64,000 bases of DNA, taken from NCBI GenBank assembly GCA_963818115.1, contig CAWFQZ010000032.1, forward strand, positions 14,274 through 78,273, in the 5' to 3' direction. The stretch is from an uncultured Acidobacteriota bacterium. GTDB taxonomy: Bacteria; Acidobacteriota; Terriglobia; Terriglobales; Acidobacteriaceae. The notes below the pieces were generated by a model. It saw only the letters and a list, made by a program, of their open reading frames with translations, was not told the DNA's origin and searched no databases. Of this stretch, positions 1-10,459 are shown in pieces (the stretch's first letter is position 1; each line of letters opens with the position of its first letter). The position numbers were made by a program, and so were the translations under genes.

Positions 1-2
1 TA

Positions 3-179
3 GGGGCTGTCGGCCTGATCCGCAGCCGTGAATTTTTTGGCATTGGCCTATTCGTTTTGTTTCTGGCTTTGCGTTCGGGCTTTCTGGGCACTCTCGAAAA
101 TCCGGAGCCTCGGTATACGCTCGAATGCTATCCGGGGGTCATCATTCTTGCTTCGGCGCTATTTTCGCGAAATGAATAA
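3..179 (+). CDS. 3' end of an upstream membrane-protein gene (partial; start lies outside the window)
   Basis: The frame is open from the window edge to TAA at 177-179. The translation is hydrophobic (...GIGLFVLFLALRSGFLG...). It is too short for a family call. Confidence 0.3.
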   Translation, partial: GAVGLIRSREFFGIGLFVLFLALRSGFLGTLENPEPRYTLECYPGVIILASALFSRNE

Positions 180-280
180 ATTTCCATCCCCGTGAATGAC
201 CCCCTGTGCCCTCCCTATTGAAACGTTTCACAGTGGCTGAAGCGGCATAATTTCTTCTTGAATTCCGTCATCGCGACGCG

Positions 281-384
281 GCACAATTCTGCCCCATCAA
301 ATGTTCCCCGGGGTCTCAGAGGTCTCACCATCCTGGGCAAACGTGACCGAAAGTCGACGCCCGTTCGGGCGAAGGGGGTTTCCT
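281..384 (+). promoter_or_regulatory. Conserved 5' leader/promoter element upstream of TonB receptor 1 (paralogous copy at 4533-4637)
   Basis: It aligns nearly block for block with 4533-4637: GCACAAT, GCCCCATCAA, CCC(G/A)GGGTCTCAG..TCCTGGGCA, GACGCCCGTT(C/T)GGGCGAAGGG(G/A)GTTTCCT-ATG. It contains two hairpins. Confidence 0.55.
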
Positions 385-3300
385 ATGCGTTCGAGCTCTT
401 GGAGACTGATAGCACTGATCGGCAGTATTTTCGTTCTGGCCACAATGGCTTTCGCGCAATCTGCGACGACATCGCTACACGGCACGATATATGACCCGAA
501 GGGCGCCCTCGTAACCGCGGCCGAGGTGACGATTTCCAATTCCTCTACTGGATTCTCCCGCAGCACGAAGAGCGACAGCCAAGGGTCGTACCAATTCCTG
601 GAGTTGCCTCCAGCGACCTACGAGTTGGCAGTGGCCGCTACGGGCTTTGCCGCCGTAAAGGAGACTGGTATTCAGCTGCTTGTGAACACACCGGGCACTG
701 TAAACGTGAACTTGCAGATATCAGGCGGCACTGTCACGGTCGAAGTGGCGGGATCTGCCCCTTTGGTGAATACCGTAAATGCTGCGATTGGGCACGCCTT
801 TGACACCGAGCAGATCGCGGATCTTCCGTTCGAAGGCCGGGACCCAACCGGTATTCTTAGTCTGCAACCCGGAGTGGCTTACACCGGAAACAGCCAGCAC
901 ATAAGCAGCGCATCCGACAGCCGCAGCGGTTCGGTGGATGGGGCTCGCAGCGATCAGACGAACGTCACCCTGGATGGCGTCGACAATAACGATCAGACAT
1001 TGGGCACGGCCTTTCAGGGGGCTTTGCGGGTGCCGCTGGATTCACTGCAGGAATTCAAAGTCACGACAGCAAGTTCGGACGCCGACGCGGGTCGGTCCTC
1101 AGGAGGCCAGGTTTCTCTCGTAACGAAGTCCGGCACCAATTCTGTCCATGGCGGGGGGTATGCCTACAACCGCAGCGGGATTGGTGAAGCGAACGATTGG
1201 TTCAGCGAGCAAGCACAAGTTTCCTCCAACTTGCCCAATACACCTCCCCATCTAGTGCGCAACACGTTCGGCGCGTTTGTAGGAGGTCCGATTATCAAAG
1301 ACCGGTTGTTCTTTTTTGCGGACTATGAGGGCGGCCGTTTGCGCCAGAATCTGCAAGTCACGCGCATCGTGCCCAGTGACAATCTTAGGATCGGGACGAT
1401 CAGCTACCCCTGTACTTCGGACCCCACCTGTCCCGCCGGCGGGGTGATGACGCTGACAGCCGCGAACTTGGCGACCATGGACCCGAATTGTTCCGGCCTT
1501 GGAACTTGCCCCAACGGGCCTGGCGCGAATCCGGCGGTGATGGCGATCTTTCAACAGTATCCGCATCCCAATACGGACTCAGTCGGAGATGGCCTGAATT
1601 ACCGCGGATTCACATTCTCGTCTCCACTTCCGCAAAAGCTGGATGCTTACGTTGTGAAACTGGACTACAACCTGACGGCAAACGGCAACCACCGTTTGTT
1701 CGCGCGAGGAGTGCTGGACAGCGACCGAACAGCGCAGTCTTCAGACCCGTCGTCTCTGACTGGGGATGGAGGCTCGCAATTTCCGGGAGACGGGCCGAAC
1801 CGCAGTCAGGTCAATACCAGCAAGGGGCTTAGTTTGGGCTATACCGCAACTTTGAGCAACACGCTGATTAACGACTTTCGCTTTGGGTACATCCGACAGT
1901 CCCTCGACACGCTGGGTCAACAGACGCAACACTTCGTCCATTTTCGTGGCATGGATGACCTTACCGCAGAAACCCCGACCACCGATGTTGCTGTTCCAGT
2001 GAAGAACTGGGTCGACGATATTACGAAGATTAAGGGCGTCCATACGCTGCAATTTGGCGTCAACCTCCGCCAAGTGGATAACATTCGCCAATCGAACTCC
2101 ACCTCCTACTTCACCGCTACTACCAACGCGTTCTGGCTAGCTGGCTCGTGCATCTCGAATTGCGGCACCAGTCTGGATCCTGCGGCTTTTGGGTTTCCTG
2201 CGGTGGACTCTACGTTCTCCACGAGTTACGACTTTCCTGTGACGGCTCTCGCGGGCTTAGTTACCGAGGTCGGTTCGAATTACAACTTGACCAAAACTCT
2301 TACCCCTTTGACGGAAGGCGCACCAGTTCCACGTCACTTTCGAGAACACGAATGGGAGTGGTATGGCCAGGACTCGTGGCGCATCAAGAAAAATCTGACC
2401 ATGACGTACGGACTACGCTACACGCTGCTTCAGCCTCCGTACGAAACCACGGGAACGCAAGTGGCGCCAACTTTCAGTCTGAATGATTGGTTTTACCAGC
2501 GGGCGTCCGGCATGTTGACGAGCCAGACGTACGATCCACTCATCAGTTTTGGGCTTTCAGGTAAGGTGAACGGCGGCAAGCCTTACTGGGAGTATGACTA
2601 TAAAGATATCGCTCCACGCCTGGCATTGGCTTATTCTCCCGACGCCGACGGAGGCTTGAGCCGCAAGCTGTTCGGCGGACCCGGCAAAACTTCAATCCGA
2701 GTGGGATACGGTATGTACTACGATCACTTCGGCGAAGGCATCACCAACAGCTTCGATCGGAACGGATCGTTCGGTCTGACCACATCGATCTCGAATCCAG
2801 CGGGCATTCAAGGCGTCGACACCTCCGCCCGCCTCACGGCACTGAACGCAATCCCGACCACCAGCGCTGCTACCACTAATGCTTGCCCGGCAGCGCCTTG
2901 TCCAATCGTGGAACCTGCTCCGAGTGGCTCTTTTCCAGTGCAGCCGCCAACGAGTCTCGCGGCCGGCGGATTCGCCATCACTTGGGGGCTAAACGATCAT
3001 CTGAAAACACCCTATTCGCATGTCTTGAATTTTTCGCTCAATCGGGAACTGCCTAGCAATTTTGTCTTTGAAGCGGCCTATGTCGGACGATTTGCACACC
3101 GCCTGCTGCAAGAGGAAGACATCGCGATGCCGCTCAACCTGTACGACCCGAAGAGCGGTATGAATTACTTCCAGGCGGCTACGGCATTGGCGAAGCAATA
3201 TCGCGCAGGGGTTGGGATTCAAAACGTTCAGCCAATTCCGTATTGGGAAGACATGTTCCCAGGAGCTGCTGGGCCCTCTGCTCAGCAGATTGGAGGATCG

Positions 3301-4326
3301 TTCTTTGGATTCGGTGTGCCGTGTTTAGGAACGGCCCCCACAAATGTCACGGCAACCCAGGCAATGTACGATCTGTTCTGCACCTACGGAGGGAACGAAA
3401 CGACGGCATTGGAAGTGGCGGATGTGCCGGGTCTTATCACGGCAAGCTGCTATCCGGCGTGCAGTTCGTCCAACGGCGGGAACGGTTACGCATTTTACAA
3501 TCCACAATACTCGTCGCTCTACGGATGGTTCAGCAACGGGAACAGCGCTTACAACTCAGGACAGTTCAGCTTGCGCCGTCGCATGGTGCATGGCTTGGAA
3601 TTTGATCTCAACTACACCTACTCGAGATCGATCGACACTGGCTCCAATGCGGAGCGCATTAACCAGTTCGAGGGCGGAGGCTTTGCGAGCCAAGTCATCA
3701 ATTCCTGGTTTCCAAAGCAGCTGCGGTCTGTTTCCGATTTCAATAACACTCACCAGTTCAATGCGAACTGGGTGTGGGAGTTGCCCTTTGGCCGCGCCAA
3801 GCGATTCGGGGCGGGGATGAACCGCGTTGAGAACGCAGTCGTCGGGGGCTGGACTCTCTCCGGATTGTGGCGCTGGAGCAGTGGCTATCCCTTCACCGTA
3901 GGTAGCGGTTTTGGATGGGCGACGAACTTCGAAGAAGAATCGTCAGCCATTCTGAATGGCCCCGCTCCGAAGACTGGAACCTTCAAGATCGCCGGCAACA
4001 TTCCAAATGTTTTTCAGAACCCGGCCACCGCATTGACGGCTTTCCGACAGGCATTTCCCGGAGAGTCGGGCCAACGCAACGAGCTCATTGGTCCTGGGAC
4101 GTTCAACATCGACGCGGCTTTGAGCAAGAGCTGGAACATTACCGAGAACCAGGTGATCAAGTTCACCTGGGAAACCTTTAACATCACGAATACGCCGCGG
4201 TTCGACGTAGGCACCATGCAGCTGAACGGCAACAACAGCATCTCGAACAGTACGAGCTTTGGCAACTTCAGCTCAACGCTGTCTCAACAACGTGTGATGG
4301 AGTTTGCACTGCGGTATGCGTTCTAG
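385..4326 (+). CDS. TonB-dependent outer-membrane receptor with N-terminal carboxypeptidase-regulatory-like domain
   Basis: ATG at 385 follows a GAAGGGGG SD and opens a signal peptide (MRSSSWRLIALIGSIFVLATMAFAQS). The ORF-track start at 301 is an upstream extension. It has a CarboxypepD_reg-like N-terminus (GTIYDPKGALV...TGFSR...QGSYQF), a plug-like DLPFEGRDPTGILSLQPGV and a C-terminal ...FALRYAF ending in Phe, typical of OM beta-barrels. Confidence 0.9.
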   Translation: MRSSSWRLIALIGSIFVLATMAFAQSATTSLHGTIYDPKGALVTAAEVTISNSSTGFSRSTKSDSQGSYQFLELPPATYELAVAATGFAAVKETGIQLLVNTPGTVNVNLQISGGTVTVEVAGSAPLVNTVNAAIGHAFDTEQIADLPFEGRDPTGILSLQPGVAYTGNSQHISSASDSRSGSVDGARSDQTNVTLDGVDNNDQTLGTAFQGALRVPLDSLQEFKVTTASSDADAGRSSGGQVSLVTKSGTNSVHGGGYAYNRSGIGEANDWFSEQAQVSSNLPNTPPHLVRNTFGAFVGGPIIKDRLFFFADYEGGRLRQNLQVTRIVPSDNLRIGTISYPCTSDPTCPAGGVMTLTAANLATMDPNCSGLGTCPNGPGANPAVMAIFQQYPHPNTDSVGDGLNYRGFTFSSPLPQKLDAYVVKLDYNLTANGNHRLFARGVLDSDRTAQSSDPSSLTGDGGSQFPGDGPNRSQVNTSKGLSLGYTATLSNTLINDFRFGYIRQSLDTLGQQTQHFVHFRGMDDLTAETPTTDVAVPVKNWVDDITKIKGVHTLQFGVNLRQVDNIRQSNSTSYFTATTNAFWLAGSCISNCGTSLDPAAFGFPAVDSTFSTSYDFPVTALAGLVTEVGSNYNLTKTLTPLTEGAPVPRHFREHEWEWYGQDSWRIKKNLTMTYGLRYTLLQPPYETTGTQVAPTFSLNDWFYQRASGMLTSQTYDPLISFGLSGKVNGGKPYWEYDYKDIAPRLALAYSPDADGGLSRKLFGGPGKTSIRVGYGMYYDHFGEGITNSFDRNGSFGLTTSISNPAGIQGVDTSARLTALNAIPTTSAATTNACPAAPCPIVEPAPSGSFPVQPPTSLAAGGFAITWGLNDHLKTPYSHVLNFSLNRELPSNFVFEAAYVGRFAHRLLQEEDIAMPLNLYDPKSGMNYFQAATALAKQYRAGVGIQNVQPIPYWEDMFPGAAGPSAQQIGGSFFGFGVPCLGTAPTNVTATQAMYDLFCTYGGNETTALEVADVPGLITASCYPACSSSNGGNGYAFYNPQYSSLYGWFSNGNSAYNSGQFSLRRRMVHGLEFDLNYTYSRSIDTGSNAERINQFEGGGFASQVINSWFPKQLRSVSDFNNTHQFNANWVWELPFGRAKRFGAGMNRVENAVVGGWTLSGLWRWSSGYPFTVGSGFGWATNFEEESSAILNGPAPKTGTFKIAGNIPNVFQNPATALTAFRQAFPGESGQRNELIGPGTFNIDAALSKSWNITENQVIKFTWETFNITNTPRFDVGTMQLNGNNSISNSTSFGNFSSTLSQQRVMEFALRYAF

Positions 4327-4350
4327 GCTCCGTTCGCTGACAAATCTTCC

Positions 4351-4380
4351 GGGGACGAATTCTTCGTCCCCGTTTTCTTT
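4351..4380 (+). terminator. Rho-independent terminator after TonB receptor 1
   Basis: Hairpin GGGGACGAA-TTC-TTCGTCCCC is followed by GTTTTCTTT, 25 nt after the stop codon. Confidence 0.8.
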
Positions 4381-4532
4381 GCGGATTTGACTAGCTTCAA
4401 GTCGGAGTGAAGTGGATGTGCAGGCGTCGTTGGAACGCACTTTATCCTGTTCCCCACCAGCCCTATCGCGGAAATCCGTGACTCTCAGTCACTTCCGTAA
4501 AGTTTCAGCTTGATCATTCAAACAGCGAAGTT

Positions 4533-4637
4533 GCACAATAGCGCCCCATCAAGCTTCCCCCAGGGTCTCAGTCGCTCTATTTCCTGGGCACAACGTAATC
4601 GGAATTCAGACGCCCGTTTGGGCGAAGGGAGTTTCCT
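4533..4637 (+). promoter_or_regulatory. Conserved 5' leader/promoter element upstream of TonB receptor 2 (copy of 281-384)
   Basis: See 281-384. It has the same two hairpins and the same SD/start context (GAAGGGAGTTTCCTATGCGTTC). Confidence 0.55.
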
Positions 4638-7600
4638 ATGCGTTCTCGCTCACTGTACCTGGCGTTAACGATCGCCGCCTTACTGACAGTATCCACGTTC
4701 GGCCACGCCCAGTCCGCAACGACATCTGTACGCGGCACCGTTACGGATGCCAAAGGTGCGCTCGTAGCCGGCGCTGCTGTGATGCTTGAGAACAAGGAAA
4801 CAGGTTTTTCCCGAACTGTAAAAACAGACGATCAGGGGATCTATCAGTTCCTGGAAGTGCCGCCGTCGACCTATTTCATTACCGTATCGGCGGCAGGATT
4901 CTCCACGACGAAACGCGAGAACGTCGTGCTACAGGTCAGCAGTCCCGCGACTGTTAACGTGGCTCTCAAAGTACAAGGCGGCTCCGTCATTGTTGACGTG
5001 ACGGGAGAAGCGCCGATGGTTAACACGCAAGACGCGACGCTGGGGAACAATTTCAATGCTCGACAATTGACCGACCTGCCTTCCGAAGGCCGAGACCCGG
5101 CGGCCATTCTAAGCCTTCAACCCGGCGTCACGTATATCGGAAATACCACGAACGATCAGCAGATGTCCGACAGCCGCGGCGGAGCCGTGAACGGAGCCCG
5201 CAGTGATCAAACCAACATTACCCTCGATGGTTTGGACGACAACGACCAACTCGAGGGATTTGCCTTCGAGGGCGCAATGCGTACGATCCTCGACTCACTT
5301 CAAGAGTTTCGAGTCACCACCGGCAACTATGACGCAGGTTCCGGACGCTCCTCTGGCGCCCAGGTGAACATGGTCACGAAGAGCGGCACCAACGCCTTCC
5401 ATGGTGCGGTGTACGAATACTACCGCCCGAACTTTACCGTTGCGAATGATTGGTTCAACAAGCAGTCAGAACTTGCGAACAATCAGCCCAACGTTCCCGG
5501 TTTTATTCTCCGCAATACTTTCGGTGTTAATGTCGGTGGTCCCATCAAGAAAGATCGGGCCTTCTTTTTCATTGCCTACGAGGGCCAGCGCACCGCGGAC
5601 ACTACGCAGCAAACTCGAACGGTGCCTACGCAGAGCCTTCGCGAAGGATTTCTAAAGTACCTCTGCGACCCGGGCAGTGATCCCAATTGCACAACAACGA
5701 ATGCGAATGTCAACGTCGCGAGCGGTGGTGCAGCCTTTCCAGGATTCGATGTTGCCACGCTCACTCCAGACCAAGTCGCATCGCTCGATCAGGGTTGCGC
5801 CGCCAACGGCACGTGCCCTCCGACGCCAGGCAACCCCGCTGGTCCCGGCGCCAATGGCCTGATCACCAATATCAATGGCACTGGCAACCCCACTGCGCTG
5901 TTCACAAAATATCCTTTGCCAAACTCGAGCAGCGAAGGCGACTTGCTCAATACGGCCGGGTACACTTTCCCAGGCGCTGATCCAGTCAAGCACGACACCT
6001 ATCTTCTTAAACTCGATTACAAAATCAACGCCAGCGGTACCCACTCGCTATTTGCGCGTGCCAATCTCCAGAACGATCACGAGAAACAGCCTCCGCAATT
6101 TCCCGGCCAGCCTCCTTTCGATTTCCTAACCAACAACAGCAAGGGAATTGCGGTCGGATACACCGCGCTGATCGGGAATAACTTCATCAACAATTTCCGC
6201 TACGCCTTCATTCGTCAGGGCGTTGGAACCGGCGGCCTCAATACTCAGGATTTTGTGAACTTCCGTGGTCTCGACGATACTCAAGCGCTCGCCAGCCAGA
6301 CCATCTTGTCCAATGTTCCGGTCCACAACTTCGTCGACGACATCTCCTGGACGAAGGGTACGCACACACTTCAATTCGGTACCAACTGGCGCTTGATCCA
6401 TAACAACCGCCTGTCAAACGCCGATAATATTTCCACTGCTCAGACGAATCTCTATTGGCTCAACCCATCGTTTATTGCGAACGAGAATGTCAGCCTTGAC
6501 CCTACTGTCGACCCGACTGGCACATTTCCGCTCGTGGATAGTTCCTTCGGAACCTCTTACAGCTTTGCCGCCATGGATGTTGCGGGAATCTTGAGCGAAA
6601 CCTTCACCGAGGCGAACCAGAACAAGCTGGGGCAGCAGATTCCCAACGGTACGTTAGTTCCACGCCACTTCAAGAACTTTGAGGGCGAGATGTACCTGCA
6701 GGACAAGTGGAGCGTCACCCCCAATCTGGTCGTCACCTACGGAGTCCGCTATTCGCTACTGCAGCCCCCATTTGAGAGGACGGGAAACCAGGTTGCGCCC
6801 ACGATCGATATGGATCAGTGGTTCAGGAATCGCGGACGGGACGCCCTTGCAGGCAGCGTTGTCCAGCCCGATCTCACTTTCGATCTTTCAGGAAAAGCCA
6901 ATGGCGGCAAGCCGTATTGGGCTTGGGACTACAAGAACCTGGCTCCTCGTTTTGCGATCGCCTATTCACCTCACGCCGCCAGCGGATTCTGGCACACGAT
7001 ATTCGGAGACGCAGGAAAGAGTTCCATTCGCGCCGGATACGGCATCTACTTTGATCACTTCGGCGAAGGCGTAGTTAACACCTTCGACCGGAATGGCTCT
7101 TGGGGACTCACTTCGACCTTCAGCAATCCCGCTGGCGTCTCGACAGTTGACGACTCGCCTCGGTTCACCGGCCTTCTAGGTCTGAATAATTTACCGGCCG
7201 GAGAAATCTCTCCTTCCCCCAGTGGTTTTCCGTACACGCCTCCGGGTAATCCGAACACTTATGGCTTGGCGATCGCCTGGGGCATCGACGATCACTTGAA
7301 GACTCCGTATTCGGAAGTGATCGATTTTTCGCTCACCCGAGAATTCGCACACGGCTTTGTGCTGGAAACGACGTACACCGGCCGTTTCGCGCATCGTCTC
7401 TTGCAGGAAGTCGACCTGGCTCAACCCCTCGATCTGGTTGACCCCAAGAGCGGAATGGATTACTTCCACGCGGCGCAATTGTTCTCAAAAGCGGCTGCGG
7501 CTGGAGTACCTGAGAGCGATCCTAGCGTTACCAACATCCCTTACTGGCAAAATCTGTTTCCGCAGGCCGCCGGCCCGCAAGGGATCTATGGCTGCACGGC

Positions 7601-8642
7601 CGGAGCTCCGGCCTCGCCCACGGCTACTCAAAATATGTACGACCTCTATCAGTGCTTCGCCGGCAACGAAACTACCGCGCAGGAAATTGCGGACGTGTTC
7701 TGCTTCCCGGCATGCGCCGGTACGGCAACAGGCACAAACCAATATGGCTATGGCCCGGGAACGGCCTACCAGTATTATCAGGACCAATTCTCTTCGCTAT
7801 ATGCGTGGCAAACTCGCAGCGCCAGCAATTACAACGCGCTCCAGGTTACGCTGCGTCACGCGATGAGCGCTGGCCTACAATTCGATCTGAACTATGTCTA
7901 TTCCAAATCCATCGACGTCAGTTCCAACGCCGAACGTGTGAACGGATTCGAAGCGGCAGGCGGCGTGGCCTACAACAATCAAGCCATCAATGCCTGGTCT
8001 CCGGATCTCTGGCGCGCTCCTTCAGATTTTGATACCACTCACCAGATCAACTACAACATGATCTGGGATATTCCCTACGGCAAAGGACGCCGTTGGAACT
8101 CGTCGAATCGTTTCGTTGACTCAGTACTTGGTGGCTGGGGATTGAGCGGCCTGGGCCGCTGGACCAGCGGCTTCCCATTCACTGTTTCGGCGGGTGCCGG
8201 ATGGGCGACCAACTTCGAACTGGAAGGCTCGTCCTTCCTCATTGGACCGAAACCGAAGACCGGTGTCTTCATCGACTCCAATGGCAATCCCAATGTCTTC
8301 AAGAACGCACAGAGCATCCAGTGCGAATGTCCTTACGCTCCGACCGGAACGGGTCCAGTTCTGTTCCGCGACACTTATCCCGGCGAAGCAGGTCAGCGGA
8401 ATATTTTCCGCGGCCCGGGATTCTTCGACATCGATGGCGGCCTCAGCAAGGTCTGGGCGTTTAATGAAGCTCGGCAGCTTAGATTTTCCTGGGAAGTGTT
8501 CAATGCAACCAACTCGGTGCGATTCGACGCTGCCAACGCAGTCGATAACGAGGATCTAGTTGACATCACGGGCTTCGGAAAGTACCAGCGAACGCTGACC
8601 ACGCCGCGCGTGATGCAGTTCTCGCTACGCTTCGCGTTCTAA
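4638..8642 (+). CDS. TonB-dependent outer-membrane receptor with carboxypeptidase-regulatory-like domain (paralog of 385-4326)
   Basis: It has a signal peptide (MRSRSLYLALTIAALLTVSTFGHAQS) and the same domain order and many identical blocks as the first receptor (GRDP..ILSLQPGV, ARSDQTN.TLDG.D.ND, VTKSGTN). The C-terminus is ...FSLRFAF. Confidence 0.9.
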   Translation: MRSRSLYLALTIAALLTVSTFGHAQSATTSVRGTVTDAKGALVAGAAVMLENKETGFSRTVKTDDQGIYQFLEVPPSTYFITVSAAGFSTTKRENVVLQVSSPATVNVALKVQGGSVIVDVTGEAPMVNTQDATLGNNFNARQLTDLPSEGRDPAAILSLQPGVTYIGNTTNDQQMSDSRGGAVNGARSDQTNITLDGLDDNDQLEGFAFEGAMRTILDSLQEFRVTTGNYDAGSGRSSGAQVNMVTKSGTNAFHGAVYEYYRPNFTVANDWFNKQSELANNQPNVPGFILRNTFGVNVGGPIKKDRAFFFIAYEGQRTADTTQQTRTVPTQSLREGFLKYLCDPGSDPNCTTTNANVNVASGGAAFPGFDVATLTPDQVASLDQGCAANGTCPPTPGNPAGPGANGLITNINGTGNPTALFTKYPLPNSSSEGDLLNTAGYTFPGADPVKHDTYLLKLDYKINASGTHSLFARANLQNDHEKQPPQFPGQPPFDFLTNNSKGIAVGYTALIGNNFINNFRYAFIRQGVGTGGLNTQDFVNFRGLDDTQALASQTILSNVPVHNFVDDISWTKGTHTLQFGTNWRLIHNNRLSNADNISTAQTNLYWLNPSFIANENVSLDPTVDPTGTFPLVDSSFGTSYSFAAMDVAGILSETFTEANQNKLGQQIPNGTLVPRHFKNFEGEMYLQDKWSVTPNLVVTYGVRYSLLQPPFERTGNQVAPTIDMDQWFRNRGRDALAGSVVQPDLTFDLSGKANGGKPYWAWDYKNLAPRFAIAYSPHAASGFWHTIFGDAGKSSIRAGYGIYFDHFGEGVVNTFDRNGSWGLTSTFSNPAGVSTVDDSPRFTGLLGLNNLPAGEISPSPSGFPYTPPGNPNTYGLAIAWGIDDHLKTPYSEVIDFSLTREFAHGFVLETTYTGRFAHRLLQEVDLAQPLDLVDPKSGMDYFHAAQLFSKAAAAGVPESDPSVTNIPYWQNLFPQAAGPQGIYGCTAGAPASPTATQNMYDLYQCFAGNETTAQEIADVFCFPACAGTATGTNQYGYGPGTAYQYYQDQFSSLYAWQTRSASNYNALQVTLRHAMSAGLQFDLNYVYSKSIDVSSNAERVNGFEAAGGVAYNNQAINAWSPDLWRAPSDFDTTHQINYNMIWDIPYGKGRRWNSSNRFVDSVLGGWGLSGLGRWTSGFPFTVSAGAGWATNFELEGSSFLIGPKPKTGVFIDSNGNPNVFKNAQSIQCECPYAPTGTGPVLFRDTYPGEAGQRNIFRGPGFFDIDGGLSKVWAFNEARQLRFSWEVFNATNSVRFDAANAVDNEDLVDITGFGKYQRTLTTPRVMQFSLRFAF

Positions 8643-8801
8643 CCGCGACGTTCTTCTCGAGGGCAGGAGCGGCGGAAGCCGTTTCTGTCAGCAGCAGCCC
8701 TCCCGTCTGCCGGGATTCGCAAGCGCGTCTCAGGAAGCCGGTCGTGAGCCATCAGGACACACGACTGGAACGGTTCCGGACTCAGCTAAAGGATGCTGGA
8801 T

Positions 8802-9017
8802 TTACGCCAGGGGCGAGTCACTCATGCGGAATCGCGTCCGCACGTGCTCCGAGATCAGCTCGATTGCAGTGCGATTTTTTACGGGATCTTCTTGCGCCAG
8901 ATACTTCATGGCCTCGACTAGCAGCCGTTGCCCGTCAACGTAACGAGGATCGGACGTGCGTTCCCGGCGCTTGTTTCCCAGCTTAGGAGGGACTGTAATC
9001 GTAAAAACCTTGGCCAT
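8802..9017 (-). CDS. Small hypothetical protein, possibly ribbon-helix-helix-like
   Basis: ATG at 9017 gives MAKVFTITVPPKLGNKRRERT... (a beta-strand then helices). There is no partner toxin gene nearby. An opposite-strand ORF (8744-8986) overlaps it and competes with it. Confidence 0.3.
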   Translation of the reverse strand: MAKVFTITVPPKLGNKRRERTSDPRYVDGQRLLVEAMKYLAQEDPVKNRTAIELISEHVRTRFRMSDSPLA

Positions 9018-9100
9018 GAATGAACCCAACTGAAGGTGCGGTCAGTATATCGTCCAATGTGCAAATTTCAGCATCTTTCTTGCCCTTTATATTCAATGAC

Positions 9101-9901
9101 TTAACCGCGAGGTGAAATCGTCTGCGTTTTGCTCGTGGTCTTTAGCTTAAACACGTCATCCGAGATCTTCTTCCCGTTTACCTGCACATCGGTGTACTTG
9201 GCGAGCCGGTAATCGCCCTGCGGTTGAAACAATTGCTGCTGGATCGAGATCCCCTTGTCGAGATCGATCCAAAGAAAGATCTCGCTATAAGTATTGCGCA
9301 CCTTTTCCGACTTAGGCACGAGATGCAACTTGGCGGTGGCCGTTCCGTTAATGGTTTCCGGCGCCACATAGGTCACGTCGAACGCTTTCTGCAAATCTTG
9401 TCCGCTGCCTCCAAAACCCAGCACGAGGTAGCTCTCAAATTCCGACTTGTTCTTGCCCAAGTCGAACTCTGTCACCTGATCGACTTTCGGCTGATACATA
9501 CGAATTTTTCCGCCGCTGAACAGCACAAATTTCGGTTCGGGCTTTAGTTCGGACTTGCTCGCGCCGGCCTTCTTGACTTCAGCCATCATTTCAATGTCTT
9601 TGCCCGCTTTGCGATAGAAAATCGTGCCCGTTTGGACGTCGTCAACCTCGTCGATGACTTTTTCGTAAGTGTCCCACTCGAACTCGGCTTGCGTCGTGCG
9701 AAAACTGGCCGATACTGCGTCCATTTTTCTCAGAACTGCATCGAGATTGTCCGAAGATCTTTCTTGAGGCGTTTCCGTAACACGAAGGAAGCTGCAATCA
9801 AATCCAGCTAACGCAGTATGTGAACTCGCTGCCGTTCCAGTCGGCAAAACTCCCGAGAAACCGCATAGCATGACAGGAAAGATGAGCGAGAAGATTTTCA
9901 T
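9101..9901 (-). CDS. LolA-like / outer-membrane lipoprotein-sorting family protein (secreted)
   Basis: It has a signal peptide (MKIFSLIFPVMLCGFSG). The body resembles the LolA/LppX-fold family (..VQTGTIFYRKAGKDIEMMAEV..FVLFSGGKIRMYQPK..LWIDLDKGISIQQQLFQPQGD..). Confidence 0.55.
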   Translation of the reverse strand: MKIFSLIFPVMLCGFSGVLPTGTAASSHTALAGFDCSFLRVTETPQERSSDNLDAVLRKMDAVSASFRTTQAEFEWDTYEKVIDEVDDVQTGTIFYRKAGKDIEMMAEVKKAGASKSELKPEPKFVLFSGGKIRMYQPKVDQVTEFDLGKNKSEFESYLVLGFGGSGQDLQKAFDVTYVAPETINGTATAKLHLVPKSEKVRNTYSEIFLWIDLDKGISIQQQLFQPQGDYRLAKYTDVQVNGKKISDDVFKLKTTSKTQTISPRG

Positions 9902-9936
9902 TCCGAAGTCCGATTGAGGCTGAGTGGATCGCTTTA

Positions 9937-10356
9937 CTATTCCCGCTTTGCCAGAACTTTATAGCTCATTACCTTCCCGTGACTGTCGGGAACCGCTTCG
10001 TAGTTCACGATGGAAACCGCGCCTGAAATCGGCTCGATAATCCGTAACAACTGATCCTGCACCGGTCCTTCGTTCGTCGATACCGCGCTTGCCGCAATCT
10101 GGTAGAAGAGGCGGCCTTCCGCATCGCTGGTGACCACTACTTCAGTCGGATGCGGATTCCGCGAGATGGGTTTGTCATTGAAGTTGATCACGCGCGGTGA
10201 AAACATCACAAAGATCAGGATCAGCGTGACCATGATGTCGTAATGGAGAGTGCCCCGCTCGTGCTGCCACAGAATATAGCTGCGGATTGTTCGCCAGATG
10301 GCGTTCATTGGCAGGGGCGCACTAGGCGCGACGGTCGTTATTTCTGCTCTATGCAA
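9937..10356 (-). CDS. Hypothetical single-pass membrane protein
   Basis: It has one hydrophobic helix (MVTLILIFVMFSP) followed by a soluble domain. I recognise no family. Confidence 0.45.
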   Translation of the reverse strand: MHRAEITTVAPSAPLPMNAIWRTIRSYILWQHERGTLHYDIMVTLILIFVMFSPRVINFNDKPISRNPHPTEVVVTSDAEGRLFYQIAASAVSTNEGPVQDQLLRIIEPISGAVSIVNYEAVPDSHGKVMSYKVLAKRE

Positions 10357-10459
10357 GTCTATTGAGCTCTCAGTCTCTTGGCAATGTTGGCGCAGCCAGT
10401 GGGTCTCGCGAGGCCCCGAGCAGAAGCAAATCGAGCCGCGTTCGCTCGTAGCTCATGGC

